Of a stretch of DNA of 64,000 bases, positions 39,359 to 52,080 are shown one piece after another. The translations under genes were made by a program, and so were the position numbers. The notes under the pieces are model-generated. The model was not told the origin of the DNA. It worked only from the letters and a program-made list of their open reading frames with translations, and ran no database searches. This DNA is from Callorhinchus milii (lineage: Eukaryota), in contig NW_024704742.1 of the NCBI RefSeq assembly GCF_018977255.1, positions 60,266,001 to 60,330,000 on the forward strand, in the 5' to 3' direction. Position 1 is the first letter of the stretch. The number at the start of each line of letters is the position of its first letter.

Positions 39359-41211
39359 TTTTTTTTGAAAATATATATTTATTTATCAATACAATATTTA
39401 GTACAACAGATATCCAAAACAAACGTAACATCTTCTGTTACAATTTTTTTCTTTTCTCCCGATACACCACACGTTTTTTGGGACGCTCCCTTTAACATAG
39501 TTGGGAGTCTCCCCTGTGTACCCCACATCCATGTGCTTGACCGCACACAACCTGATAAGGCACACTTGCTGCTTTCGGAAGGTGTCCCGATGTGCACCGT
39601 ACACGCACATGTTTACGGTACATACATTTACAGCGTGCGCGAGCCTGAGGCAGGCCCTCACTGTACCCTCATTCTGCCAGAAGAACATCTAGTTTTGGGA
39701 GTGCCAAAGGGCCTCCTTTACCGAGTTTATGATCTTCCAGGCACACTCAATGTGGGTTTCGCTGCGAGCCCCAGGAAGAGGCTGTACAGCACCGAGTGCC
39801 ATGACAGCAGGTCCCCAGGGACGAACCGCAAGAGAATCCATTCCATCTTTTTCCAAACCGCCTTTGCGAAACAACACTCCAGGAGAGAGGTGGTCCCTGG
39901 TCTCCTGACCTCTGCAGCCGGCTCGAGGGCAATGTGCTGACTGGCCCAGACCTCAACCGTGCATGAAAGCCCTGAGGGGGGTGGTCCCCTTTTATTGCCA
40001 GCCAGGCCATGTCCTGATGGTTGTTGGTCAGGGCTGGTGACAAGGTGTTTTGCCAGACGTAGCTGGCTGTCGCCTCAGGGTACCTCCCGATCAGGTCTGC
40101 ACTCTCCCCCTTTCAAAATGTTTCAACTACCTGCCTCGCGGACCACTCAGTGACTACGAGGGAGTCTGGGATGGTATTCTTCAGGAATTTCTCAACATAG
40201 GATAGGTGGTTTGGTATGCTCCAACTGTGTGGAATATTTTGAGGCAGTTCTCCCAGACCCCCTTCTTAGCACCGGGTACAAGTAGAAACCCAGCACATAG
40301 TGGCATTTTTTGGCGGTGTAGAGTGGCTCCAGGCACAGCTTCAGGCAGCTACACACAAAGATGACCATGAGGATCAGGGCTACATTAGGGACCACTTTCC
40401 CCTCCTTTTCCGGGGTTTTCAGCATCATGTCTCTGCAGACACAATCCATCTTGGACCCCCAGATCAGTGGGAAGACCTCGCTGGTGACTGCAGTGGCATT
40501 GTTCCTGGTCAAAGGCCGTATCTGGGTCACCTACAGTAACACCAAGAGGGCCTCACACTTTATCACCAGATTTTTTCTGGTGATGGACAGCGAGGGCTGG
40601 CACCACATCACTAGTTTCTTCCTCACTATGCCTAGATGCTCGTCCCAGCTATTTTGGCACCGCCCTGGCAGCCCGAACCAGATGCCGAGGACTTTGGTGT
40701 AGTCTGGCTTCACTGCAAACGGTATGTGACTGTGTTCTTTCCAGTCTCCAAAATACATCACCTCGTTTTCCTGGCAGTTGACCTCAGCTCCTGAGGCTTG
40801 TTCAAACCGGTCACAAATGCCTAGCCAGCTCAAGACCGATTTTTGGTCTGTGCATAAGACAGTGACATCATCCATATACAGGGAGGCCTTGGCTTGTGTA
40901 CGTGGCTGCCCGGGATGATAACACCTCTGCTGCTCTCATTCCTCCTGATGGCCTGTGCAAACGGTTTGATGCAGCAAACAAACAGGGTGGGGGATAGGGG
41001 ACAGCCCTGCCTTACTCCTGACCTAATGGGGAACGGCTCAGTCTCATACCTGTTGACCGTGACTGCGCTATAGACGTTTGCATAGAGTAATCGGATCCAC
41101 TTGCAGATTCCCTCCCCGAAACCCATTTTGGAGAGTACCTCATCCATGTAGCTGTGAGATACCCTGTCAAAGGGTTTCTCTTGATCAAGGCTTATCAGGC
41201 AGGCCTTCACC
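39359..41211 (-). mobile_element. Tx1-type (L1-group) non-LTR retrotransposon, 5'-truncated and decayed
   Basis: ISLDQEKPFDRVSH, SGVRQGCPLSPTLF, LYMDDVT, KVLGIWF; Cys/His C-terminal region; AATAAA and poly(A) at 39359-39385; candidate TSD agaaggct (39351-39358) and agaaagct (41212-41219). Confidence 0.9.
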
Positions 41212-41319
41212 AGAAAGCTAAAATGGTCACAACTTTGCCAGAGATAGAGAGAGGAACACCAGTCAGAGCCTCTTATCCAGTTCCCTCTATAGCACCTTCT
41301 GTTTGTTGTGCATGTGCAT

Positions 41320-41587
41320 GGCAGTCAGGTTCAACTCCAGCAGTACACCAATGTACACTTTGGGGTCCCCAAGCCTTGTCTCTTGCCAACCTGCACCTAA
41401 TACGTTCCGGAATTAGATAAGCAGGTTGTGTCCCTCCAGGAAGAGAGTGTGCATTCCATTCCAGCAATCTACCTCTGGAATTATTATGTGTAGGTGAGAT
41501 GCATGGAAATCTCAGCTTGGTTTGGATACTCTTAAGCATGGTGATGGGTTTCCACACATGTCAGACACCTGGCTGACCAACAAAAAA
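41320..41587 (+). repeat. Family C 3' half
   Basis: ccagcagtacaccaatgtacactttggggtcccc...tggatactcttaagcatggtgatgggtttccacacatgtcagacacctggctgaccaacaaaaaa. Confidence 0.75.
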
Positions 41588-42759
41588 GCAGCCAGGTGGA
41601 CAAATGTCAGGCTTGGCTGCAATATCCTCTGCATCCAAGTAGCACTTACTTGCAGGCCTCACACATAAACAAAGGTCATTTAACTGGGTTATTGGAGGGC
41701 AACTAGCACCTGTGAAATGGATCCCAGCAAGAAGAGACCAGAGATCAAGAGCAGAGAGAGACATGCCAGTGAGGAGATTTTTTTTTATAAATTGGATACA
41801 TTACATTTATGTACAAAAAATGCTTTCTACTAATAAAATACATTTACTGAAATCTAGTAAGGAATAAAACTATACTACTGATAAATGATTTTAAATATTT
41901 TCAACATATAATTCATTAGCTGATATCCATCTTCTGGATGCAATGCTACTGCTGTCCATATGACATATCTTGCATATATTGTACAAAATACAATATTGCT
42001 CACAATTAACTATTTAAATTAATACCGTTGCCCAGCACAAGTTTAATTATTTGCACAAAATAGTGTATTTTTTATGCATTATTTGTTTATTCAACATTAT
42101 CATAGAATTATAGAAATAGCAGCACAGAAGGAGGCCATTAAATCCATTGGACAGTACATGTGAGTCTTATCTCCCCACTGGAACTATCTGTGTTAATCCA
42201 ATTTCTTTTCTTTTTCCAATTCTGTCATACAAAGCAAACTGCATTATTTGGGACAAGCAAACAAAAATGACCTTTTTCATGCCTATGATTTGTTCTGCAG
42301 AGATGGGAGCATTTAAAAAAAGAAAATTCAAGCTTCATAATGCTAAATTGTACATTGGAATCTGAAAAGTACTGATTTCAAGTGAGTTTATAAGGAGCAT
42401 ATGAACATGACCAGACCACTCAGTCCATCAAGTCTATTCTGTCATTTTATCAGATCCTGGCATTATTTTTAATCCCATGTCCCGACCTTGATAAGAAATC
42501 TAAATCGCAAAAAAATATATATATTAATCCTTGCATTCAAAATGGTAGCTTTCGCATTGGGAGGGTGTCTCAATGCACTTCACAGTATATACTATAGAGT
42601 GTGGTGACTGCCTATTATGTAGGTGAATGTGAGAAAATGGGAATGTCTTCTGTAACAAGATGTCACTCAGATTCACAGATGGAAACCACTCTCCTTTAAT
42701 GTTGCAAGTCTGAATTAAGTATTTCAGCAATTCAAATGAATGACCCATTTGTGACTTAT

Positions 42760-43097
42760 ATAATATAATAATCTTTGCTTTTGATATAGCGCCTTATCAC
42801 CCCTTCGAGACGTCTCAAAGTGCTTCATAGAATATACTGTAAAATGGATAAAATGCAGCACTGTCCCACAAACAGTCATGGATTGAGTGACCAAATTCTT
42901 TTTATTTCTTTTTTTTTTAAGCGATTATTATCCCTGGAAGGTGATCCGCCAATCAACAAACAACCAGGTTCCTACTTACTGCTAAGTAGGTGTGTGGAGT
43001 AAGGAAATTTGCGTAACATTTTGCCCTGCCCTATTTTGGAATCATACCCAGGTCCTCTCATTCACGGGGTGAGCGCACTAACCACAAAGCTAAGACT
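42760..43097 (-). mobile_element. SINE family A
   Basis: Tail, gatccgccaatc, gtgtggagtaaggaaa and degraded head. Confidence 0.85.
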
Positions 43098-44080
43098 TGT
43101 GGGAACTTATTACAGAACTCCATTTGAAATTGCTGCATTTTAGACTCCAATTTGGAAGCAGTTCTGGAATTCTGGAAAAGATAGAAATGATCCGCTGTGT
43201 TCAGTCAGCTTGTAGTACTATCACCTCCAAAAAATATATATGATCTTATGTCAAAGGAACAGTAATTAAAGCATTCCCTCTAAACCCATTCCGATAATAG
43301 ATGGAAAAGGAAAGGAAGGTCATCAGGTTGTCAAGTACCCTACCTGCAGGATATCTTTCTCCTTGACACCTTCTACACATAGAACCTTTTATTCTGTATT
43401 CCCAATTTGCCTATAAATTGAGCAGCATCTGCTGCTTTACTGGGAATTTCACACTGCAAGGAAAGCTGACAGCAAGCTGAAATGATGACCCAACCTATTA
43501 ATGGTCCATTCTATTAACTTTTCATGGTATTCATTTTCTTCTACCATTTCCGCAGACTTTTTCTTTCACCTTAATGGTTTAATGCCTTCAGCTGATACAT
43601 GGTGGTTCTGTTTTTCAACAACTAAACATGTCCATTGGTGTCTAAATGTGGCAGGTGTGTCTGAGGAAAGGTCTAATTTTATTCCATCATATTGAATAAC
43701 ATTTATGAGCGATTGCTTCAAGGCAATTGCAATATTAAAATGACTAATGTTTGTTGAACTGCCTTTTTTCATATCAGTAAGTCGCTTTGCATTAACCTGA
43801 GGTTGCTGTATTTCCCTTCGTAAATACTTATTTGTTCAGGCTGTATTCTGATTAAGGATTCTAAACTTGAATGTCAGTTTGCATTTCCAGAACATTAATG
43901 TTAATTTATTGCTACATTGACTTCTTTCAAATCAGGGAGTGAAAAATATGACTGTTTATGACATTCCAAAACAGTGTTTGTGGTGTGCTGTATTGTTGAA
44001 GGTGCCGTCCTTTGGATAAGAAGTTAAATTCAGACACCAACTGCCTGTCCAAGTGGACGCTAAAGATCCCATTGGCACTA

Positions 44081-44121
44081 TCTTCTATCTATACTAATTA
44101 AAACAGCAATGTCTGTCTGTG

Positions 44122-44178
<57 letters not shown>

Positions 44179-44705
44179 GTAAGTGCTTCAAGAAGGATCT
44201 AAATAACCAATTGACATAGAGACATCAGTTATAGCTCTTTGGAAAGGTCTTGCATCTGGGAGTGACATGAGTATATTTGGTTTCAGGAACCTCCTATCGT
44301 TCATGAGTTATGACCTAAAACGTATTTCAGTTTTGCGTTTTTTGCTGCAGTTACATCTGATGGCCACCAAGTCAAAGTTACACCTGGTGGCTGCGTTGAC
44401 TGACTGTGGTGCTGTGGCATCATGGATCACGGAGCATGCACGTAGCCAAGTCGTGGCGGGAAAAACTTAAAGAACACAGATGAAGCTAAGCCGTGGCAAC
44501 AACAACAACAAAATTACATTTTAGAAGCGCCTTTCATTTCAGGAGGATGTCCCAATGATTATAAATTATAAATTTATATATGTCATTATAAAGATACCTG
44601 AGCGAAAATCAAACCTTTCAAGGATAAGTAATTGTGTTTGTCTGTATGTCAATCTACATTCCATATTCCTTTGGTTGTAAGCATAGATGCAATGGGTACA
44701 GCTAT
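44081..44705 (+). mobile_element. Probable non-autonomous Helitron
   Basis: Between host A and T with no TSD; starts TC (tcttctatctatactaattaaaac); 5' (TGTC)n tract; ends gcatagatgc...gggtacagCTAT (degenerate CTRR). Confidence 0.7.
44110..44180. repeat. (TGTC)n microsatellite
   Basis: Direct reading. Confidence 0.95.
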
Positions 44706-44754
44706 TACAAAATAAGAAGGGAGTTTCTCTGAAATAATTGTTCTTTCATTTAAA

Positions 44755-45020
44755 CCCTATCTAAAGTGAATTGACCATATCATTTGTGGGCAAAACGCGG
44801 CAGCCAATTGTGCACAGAAGTGGCCCACAAAAATTCAGTGTCCCACAGACACTTGTAGATTGAGTGACCAAATTATTATTATTATTATTTTTGAAGGAAT
44901 TATTAATCCCAGTTAAAGCGATCCATCAATTGACAAACAAATCGGGTTCCTATTTAATGCAAGGAAAACAAAGCCATGTGGAGGAAGGAAACATGTCTGA
45001 GGTTTCGGCCTGGCGGGGGT
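44755..45020 (-). mobile_element. SINE family A partial
   Basis: gcggcagccaattgtgcacag...gattgagtgaccaa...gtggaggaaggaaac. Confidence 0.75.
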
Positions 45021-46239
45021 ATCAAGATGATTGTGAAGAGTTAATTAACACCTATGGTGCTCATTAACATATTATTAAATTTAACAACTTTAGGATAATT
45101 AGCACATGGACAAGTCCCCATGTGTTCCTGGAGGCAGAAAGCATCATTTGCTCTCAACACCATTCTTATTGGTCACAGTGCTCAATGGACTTCCAAAATG
45201 CACCTCACAGTGTTACAAACCAATTTGCAAGATACTGGCTTTATCTGTATTTTTTATGAGTGAAACATGTAAAGCCATCAAAAAGAGAAACCCATAAACA
45301 AGAGGAATTTATCAGATTTTGAAACACTGCAAGCACTTCATGGCTGTTTGTGGGATATTGCTCCAATCAAATTGGCTCCTGCGTATGCCTACAAAACACA
45401 AAGTAATTATACTTGACAGAATATCTTGAGAAGCACATTGAGACATTCTCCTAGCATAAAAGACACTATATTAAATGCAAGTATTACTATTTTAGAGCAA
45501 CCCACATTACAAGAGAGGCTACTATTCATGACATTAAATCTGGAGGGAGAAATTCTTTGTCTCTTGGTCCACTTGATTCCTGATTCAAAAGCCACTTGTG
45601 AGAATTATCTTATACCAGGCTTATAGCAATGCAATATTGCTGTCCAGTTCCTGTATAGTCCAAACCAATATCCCATTACAGTTTCATATGAGACAAATGT
45701 TTTTTAATTTTTCAGACTTTTCCTTTCATGTTTCACTGAAATCTAATTTACTGAAGATAATAAATAAAACTGCTTTATTAAAAAATACTAATGATGGTCT
45801 CAGAGACGTATTGAATATGTGCAGCAGAGCTATTGGTAATAATCAATTTGAAGCTAAATTCTTGTAAGCTTCCAGCAAAATATTTGTAAACGTATCCTTA
45901 AGTCATGTTGTTGCCAGAGAATATTTTCTAATGTCAATATTCAGCCACAAATATGAAAAATAATGTAAATGAGAAATGTCTTGTAAAATATTGCACTCTT
46001 GTTAAAAGTGAAAAAAAGCTTACATTTGGATTGTACTTCGGATTCCTATTCTTGAGTCATTATACCATATAATAAATTAATTATTAGATTTAACATAGCA
46101 CCTTTCACTTTGGGAGGACATCTCAAATACATCTCAAAGTTCTTCACTGGATATGCTGTAAAGTGTAGTGACTGTGTATTCACGGCAGCCAATTTGTGTC
46201 CAGCGATGTTCCACAAACAGCCATGAAGTGAATGACAAT

Positions 46240-47065
46240 AACTACAATAGCAATGTGTATTTATATAGCAACCCTCTCACAGGTAACATCTTGGAATGCT
46301 TAAAGGTGAGAAAGGGGAAGTGATTGCAGGCATGCTCAAAGGGGAAGGTATTCAGATGAGGCAAAGAGGGGGCAAGGCAGAGGAATTCAGAGTTTTGGGG
46401 CGTAGTGGCTTAAAGTATGGCTCCTGATGCTGAAGCGGATGGGATGAGAGACATGCAGGTAGCTGGAGCCAGCTGAGTGCAGGGGTGGGTAGTGGAGTGG
46501 CTCGTAAGCAGGTCAGAGAGTTACAGAGACTAGAGCATGAATTGATTTGTAAGTAAGTGTGAGGATCTTGAAAATGATCCATTCTGCAATAGGGTGCCAG
46601 TGGAGCCTGGCAAGGACTGGAGAGATATGTGTTGGTGAGAATACGAACATAGAATATGTTTTGGATAAATGGATTGGAGCTGATGCATAAAAGGCATTGG
46701 AAAAATCAAGTCAAGAGGTGACAAATAATAATGGATAAGGGATGGATAAGGGTTTCAGCTGCACTGTGGGTGAGGTATGGTTGGAAGGGGAGGCAATGTG
46801 GCAGAGGTGGAAAAAAGCAATCCTGGTCTGGGACTGGATGTGAGAAAACAAGGACAACTGAAGATCGAATCTGATGCCTAGGTTATGCACAACTTCAGTA
46901 AATCTGAGGGATAGGATGTGAAAGTTGGAGGCACAGATGAGAAGACATTGACGGGAACCAAGAAGGATGGTTCCATCTTGTCAACATTCAGTTGTAGAAA
47001 GTTAGTGCTCGTCCAAGCCTTCAGTCTGACAAGCAAGAGGACAGAACATCAATTGACTTAGGGTC
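46240..47065 (-). mobile_element. Old L2 3' fragment
   Basis: Tail gtatttatatagca; cagtggagcctggcaagg (LARLHW); ttgtcaacattcagttgtagaaagtt (NFLQLNVDK). Confidence 0.75.
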
Positions 47066-47094
47066 ATGGCTAGAGGATGACCAATTTTATCTAG

Positions 47095-47165
47095 GGGGTT
47101 CCTGGCAAAGACACAGTGAGAGATTCCCTTCTCTTTTCAAATCGTACCATGGGATCTTTAATATC

Positions 47166-47258
<93 letters not shown>

Positions 47259-47510
47259 GTTGAGACCTTAGTTTAATGGTGCATCTGAAGGATGTCACAT
47301 CCAACAATCCAATACTCCCCAGTGCTGTGTTGGAGAATCTGCAATAGAGAGCCTGGGAAGGATTGATGTAATGGAGATCTGGAGTTCTGCTACTGGGAAC
47401 TAATATATTGGAGTGTCTGCCTGAACTGCAAGTTGAAAGCCCAAATGTGATGCTTGAACCTACAACCTTCTGACTCAGAATGTGAATGCTATCAACTGGA
47501 ACCAGGCTGA
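47095..47510 (-). mobile_element. SINE family B containing a microsatellite
   Basis: ccatgggatcttta...gtttaatggtgcatctgaaggatg; head cttgaacctacaaccttctgactcag. Confidence 0.75.
47165..47259. repeat. Perfect (CAGA)n microsatellite, 95 bp
   Basis: Direct reading. Confidence 0.97.
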
Positions 47511-48924
47511 TGCATTATTGTCCCCTGAGTAATCATCACAATTACGTAGCTGCTCTAGCGCAAGAACATATTATCCACATTACTGTACAGCAGTGGAGAG
47601 ATTATATTGATCACTTAGTGTGGAATGTGTTTCAGAAATAGTCCAACTTTATACTGAACACTTTTGGATGTGCCCAAATATTGCAACAAAAACACTACTG
47701 AATTTTATAGCAAAAAAACCCATCTGGTACAACAAGTGCTGTCTGTCTTCTGAATCTCTCTTTCAATGCATCGGCATTAAAATTCTCTGTATTCTGACCT
47801 GTTTCGCCCACAAAATATACAGTAAATTCATTTTACAATATATTCTGTGAAGAGCTTTGCAATGTCTCGAAGACGTGGTAAGGTGCTTTATCAAATACAA
47901 CGATTATTGTTATTATTATTCTCCTGCATAACCAGTGCCTTGTGCCTCACCCTGCATTTTCCTTGATGCTACTTACACTGCTTGATGTGGAGGTTTCAGG
48001 GTTGAATCCTACATCAGGAAAGGTGAAGACAGACCCTGCTGGGATGTATGCTGTTGTCTTTGGATTCCAGCTCTCCACAGTGATTCCCTTAATCTGCAAA
48101 AAAAAAGCGTAAATGGATCATTGTCAATACATAAGTGCAGTCTACTTGAAAACTGCCTTGAGTTGCTTTTCCTAACCCATCAGTACAGCAGCACAGATTC
48201 AGGTTGAGATGGACACGCACCTTGTGCAAACTGGGAAAGATATTTAAAAGGTATATATTAATGAACTGGAATGGAAGATACACAATTTGAAAGCTGGATT
48301 CAAATAACTAAACTGCAATTTATTTTGCAATTTCTGGTTCAAGAGATTTGCAAAATACCAAATTGCAAATCTTTAAATCGTCATAAAGAAGGCAAATTAC
48401 AACAATGGTTAAAAGATAAGGCATGTTGCCACTTTCTCAGGGTAACTAATAATAATAATCATTATTGTATTGAAAGTATAGCACCTTTCACATGTGCCTA
48501 AGTGCTTCACGAACTAAATTGTAAACTGCAGTGACTTTGTGCGTTTTGTGGCCAAATGCGTTTTGTGGGTTAGCCTTGCCCACATCTTGAGATTAAGTAA
48601 AACAATTTGGACACCATTGGACAATTTGGACATTCGCTTCATGGTTGTTTGTGGGCATATTGTCTACTGCATGCACTTTCATATACAGTCACTACACTTT
48701 ACAGTCTTTAAGACGTTTCAATGATGTGATAAACTGTTATATCAAGTTCAAGGATTATTATTACAACTACCAACTTCAAAATGTAGGTGACAGTACATAC
48801 AGGTAGATTCACAGTACCTCACTATCTCGCAACAAATATCATTCTACAACTACAAAAGTAAAACTACATGTGTTATTAATTTATCTCATACATTACCAAT
48901 TGCACGCCATAGGCTTTCTACAAG

Positions 48925-49175
48925 TAAAAATAATCCTTGCATTTGCTATACCGCATTCCCTTTTTGAATAATTCCATGGAATCTTTAATGTCCACCTGGC
49001 ATACAGGACTTCGGTTAAACATCTCATCCAAAGTACAGGACATCCAGCAATGCAGCACAACCGCATTACTGCATTGAAGTGCCATCTTAGACTATATGGC
49101 TCCAGGTCCCAACCCACAACTTTCAAAGACTCAGAAGAGAGAGTGCTACTAACTAAGCTAGCCTGACGAGCCACT
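48925..49175 (-). mobile_element. SINE family B 5' part with adjoining tail stub
   Basis: ccatggaatctttaatgtccacctg...cttcggttaaacatctcatcc...gagagtgctactaac. Confidence 0.75.
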
Positions 49176-50417
49176 GAAAATAGAACGGATGTTGAGAATG
49201 AAGGATTTGCAAAATGTAAACCATTCCTGTGTTGGCTGGCACACGTGCTAAATGCTAGATATGATGTTGGTACTTAAACGAATGGTCCTGACATGTAGCC
49301 TTGGCATATTCATCCAGCTCAGCCATTATTATTTTCCATATAAAAGACTGGTTTTGAAACATAAATGCAACACCATTTTGCTATTGATTTGCTAAGGTAT
49401 TTGTGCTGCACTATCCATCTCTATCAGGAGATAAATTGTTGCATGATCACCATCAAGACCTGTGAAATACATTTTGAGGGAACAGGCTGAAACTTTCAAC
49501 TGATCAGAGAATGCTCCTGGGTGCATTTTGAACATTAAATGAGCACTATTCAGCAGTAATTCAGGCAAATCTACCAAGACTTCTATTACTCATTTACTGA
49601 AAAAAATTACTTCTCAATGCCAATGAACCAATTTATTATGCTATCATTAAAACAATCGTAAAATTGATCGTTCACTTCATAGCTGTTTGTTGGATGTTGC
49701 TGTATGCAAACTGGCTGACACCTTTGCCTACAATACAGTCATTAGACTTCACAGTGAAATCCTGTGAAGTGCTTTGAGATACCTTGATAACTTTTGATAA
49801 GGTGCTCTATCGAATTATTATAAGACAACTTTTTATAAAATATATATTCATTTGTAACAAATATTAAAGTGCAGAATGAATATTGAAATAATTCATTTTT
49901 GCTATATAATATTGGATTAATTGTCCTAGCTACCAATTTCCACCTGTGTTAGCTATTAATCCTCCACTATATAGCAGTAAAACTATAAGCACCTTTCACC
50001 GAATGATCTGTAACTTCTGTAATCTGCAGTATCACAGTACGTTGCGCAACACTTGTCATCTTTAAAAAATGTGTGCTGTGAAAAGCAGTTCGACCCTTTT
50101 TAATAGAAAAGCTGATTAGCTTTCATATTATATAATGGGACTGTCAAAAATATGGGATTCAAACTGTTTTATTCAAGAAACTCATTTGTATTCTTTATTG
50201 CTGAGTCCTCGCTCACAAGCTGTCCCAGCAGCAGGGAGATCAACCTCATTATACTGCCAACTGCCAACACTGTCCATGTATGGATGAAACAAACGCATTG
50301 ATTTTTTTTCCAAACAGTGAATAAACCAGTAGTAAAGTATATCTGTTCTCAAAGTATACCGATTTTCATTATATGTGATTGACAACGAGACAATGTTTAT
50401 ATGAAGATGTTTTAGAG

Positions 50418-50798
50418 TAATAATAATAATAATCCTTGCGTTTGTTATATATAGCGCCTTATACATCTTTGAGACATCTCAAAGCACTTCACAGAATATA
50501 CGGTAAAGTGAATTGACTGTGTATTTGTGGGCGAAACACAGTAGCCAATTGCGCACAGCGGTGCCCCATAAACAGTCATGAATTGAAGTGACCAATTTAT
50601 TGCTATAATTTTTTTGAAGGAATTATTAACCCCGGAAAAATGATCCGCCAATGAGTAACGACCAGGTTCTTATTTACTACTAGGTAAACAGAGGCATGTA
50701 GAGAAAGGAAACTTGCCCAACATTTCACCCTGCCAGGAATCGAACCCAGATCTCTTGCTTGCAAGGAAAATCTTCTAATCACTGAGCTACAGGACTTC
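50418..50798 (-). mobile_element. SINE family A, full length
   Basis: Head ggaatcgaaccc (B box) ...cactgagctacaggacttc; CORE-like centre; (TAA)n tail. Confidence 0.92.
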
Positions 50799-50835
50799 AT
50801 GATATAGAATTAGTCAGCTTCTCAATAGAACTTTA

Positions 50836-51013
50836 CAACAACAACAACAGCAACAATAACTTGCATTTATATAGCGCCTTTCATGTCAGGATAATATCCC
50901 AGGATGCTGGAAATACTTAAATAAGAAATCATGGCTGAGAATCAGCGCCTTGGGACGTCCTCCTGACGTGAAAGGCGCTTTATAAATGGAATCTTGTTGT
51001 TGTTGTTGTTGTT
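50836..51013. repeat. Two L2 3' termini back to back, tails outward
   Basis: (CAA)n-ttgcatttatatagcgcctttca...(-) and ...gtgaaaggcgctttataaat-(TTG)n (+). Confidence 0.85.
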
Positions 51014-51544
51014 GAAAGGCTACTGGAGTCACCAAAACTCATCTCTATACATTATCTGGGCTATCATTAAATCTAATTGTATTTTGAATGAACCCAACAC
51101 TTTGCATCCATTACTTCACTTTAATTGATTCTCCAAACAATTATAACTCGTATAATAATGATTTTTTTTTAACATCTGTTCTAGATTTAATCTTCACCAA
51201 TTTCAAAAGTCCCATGCTCTACTTTCTTACATTAATAAAAACAATAGACTGAATTTACACTATCAATATCAAATAATGTATTATGTGTTTCAAGGAGGCT
51301 ATCTGTAAACAAACATTGCAATTCCCAATCAAGAAAGACTGTGGGACAATTGTTAACTCAGGACATATCTCGTGAAATGGCCTTGAAACCATGCCCTCAG
51401 CGATCAGCAGCAGCAGTGATAACACTGAAATCTTTGGATTTGGGCCTAGCTGTTATGCTGACATCAGAGGAGCAGGATTCGTATTTCAAGGGAGTTATCT
51501 ATTAAGAAACACAATTTTCCAACTTTTACTAAAGAAATTTATTT

Positions 51545-52080
51545 TGGTCGGTGGGTGTGAGCCACATGGGGAAATGCAGCACCATACTTAAGCATATCCA
51601 AATCCAACTTAAGAGTTCCACGCATCCCATCAACAATTGGAAATGTCCATGTATTGAAATGGAATACACACTTTCTATTTTATTTCTATTTTATTTCTTT
51701 TTTATTTCATTCCAAAGAATATTAGGTATAGAATTGAGGACCCCAGAGTGTGCATTTGGGCACTGCTGGACTCTAACCAGCTAAGACCACATAGCTTACT
51801 TTTGAAAACACTGACTGGCAAGTTTTCCTTCTGCTTGTCCATTGCTGAGTGGGAAGAATCCCTGCCCCCAGTGACTGATCTGCCCCTCCAAGCCAATGAG
51901 CCAGGCTACTGGGCATTCACCAGCAGTGCCCTGGAGTAGCGCAGTCCCGCCTGGCTCAGGTACTGGAGTAGCAAAACCGCCACAGAGGGCTGGCTCGATT
52001 CTGACATTCCATTGCCAAGCATGTCACCTTGGAGACAGTTCAGCTTCAAGGAGACCCAACTTGCATAAAAACTGGATGTG
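51545..52080 (-). repeat. Family C long copy
   Basis: Reverse complement aligns along 6382-6948 (ctaaccagctaagaccacatag; ccgccacagagggctggc; gacattccattgccaag). Confidence 0.75.

Larger units (their letters stand above)
43945..44730 (+). mobile_element. SINE family B Deu core, split by the insertion at 44081-44705
   Basis: ...aaagatcccattggcacta | tacaaaataagaagggagtttctc rejoins to the family B pattern. Confidence 0.75.

Noticed and set aside
39365..40702. Plus-strand ORFs of 60-191 aa
   Set aside because: Antisense shadows of the GC-richer Tx1 element
47972..48028. Pre-miRNA-like hairpin
   Set aside because: Only 10 contiguous pairs including two G-U; chance level; no recognised mature sequence
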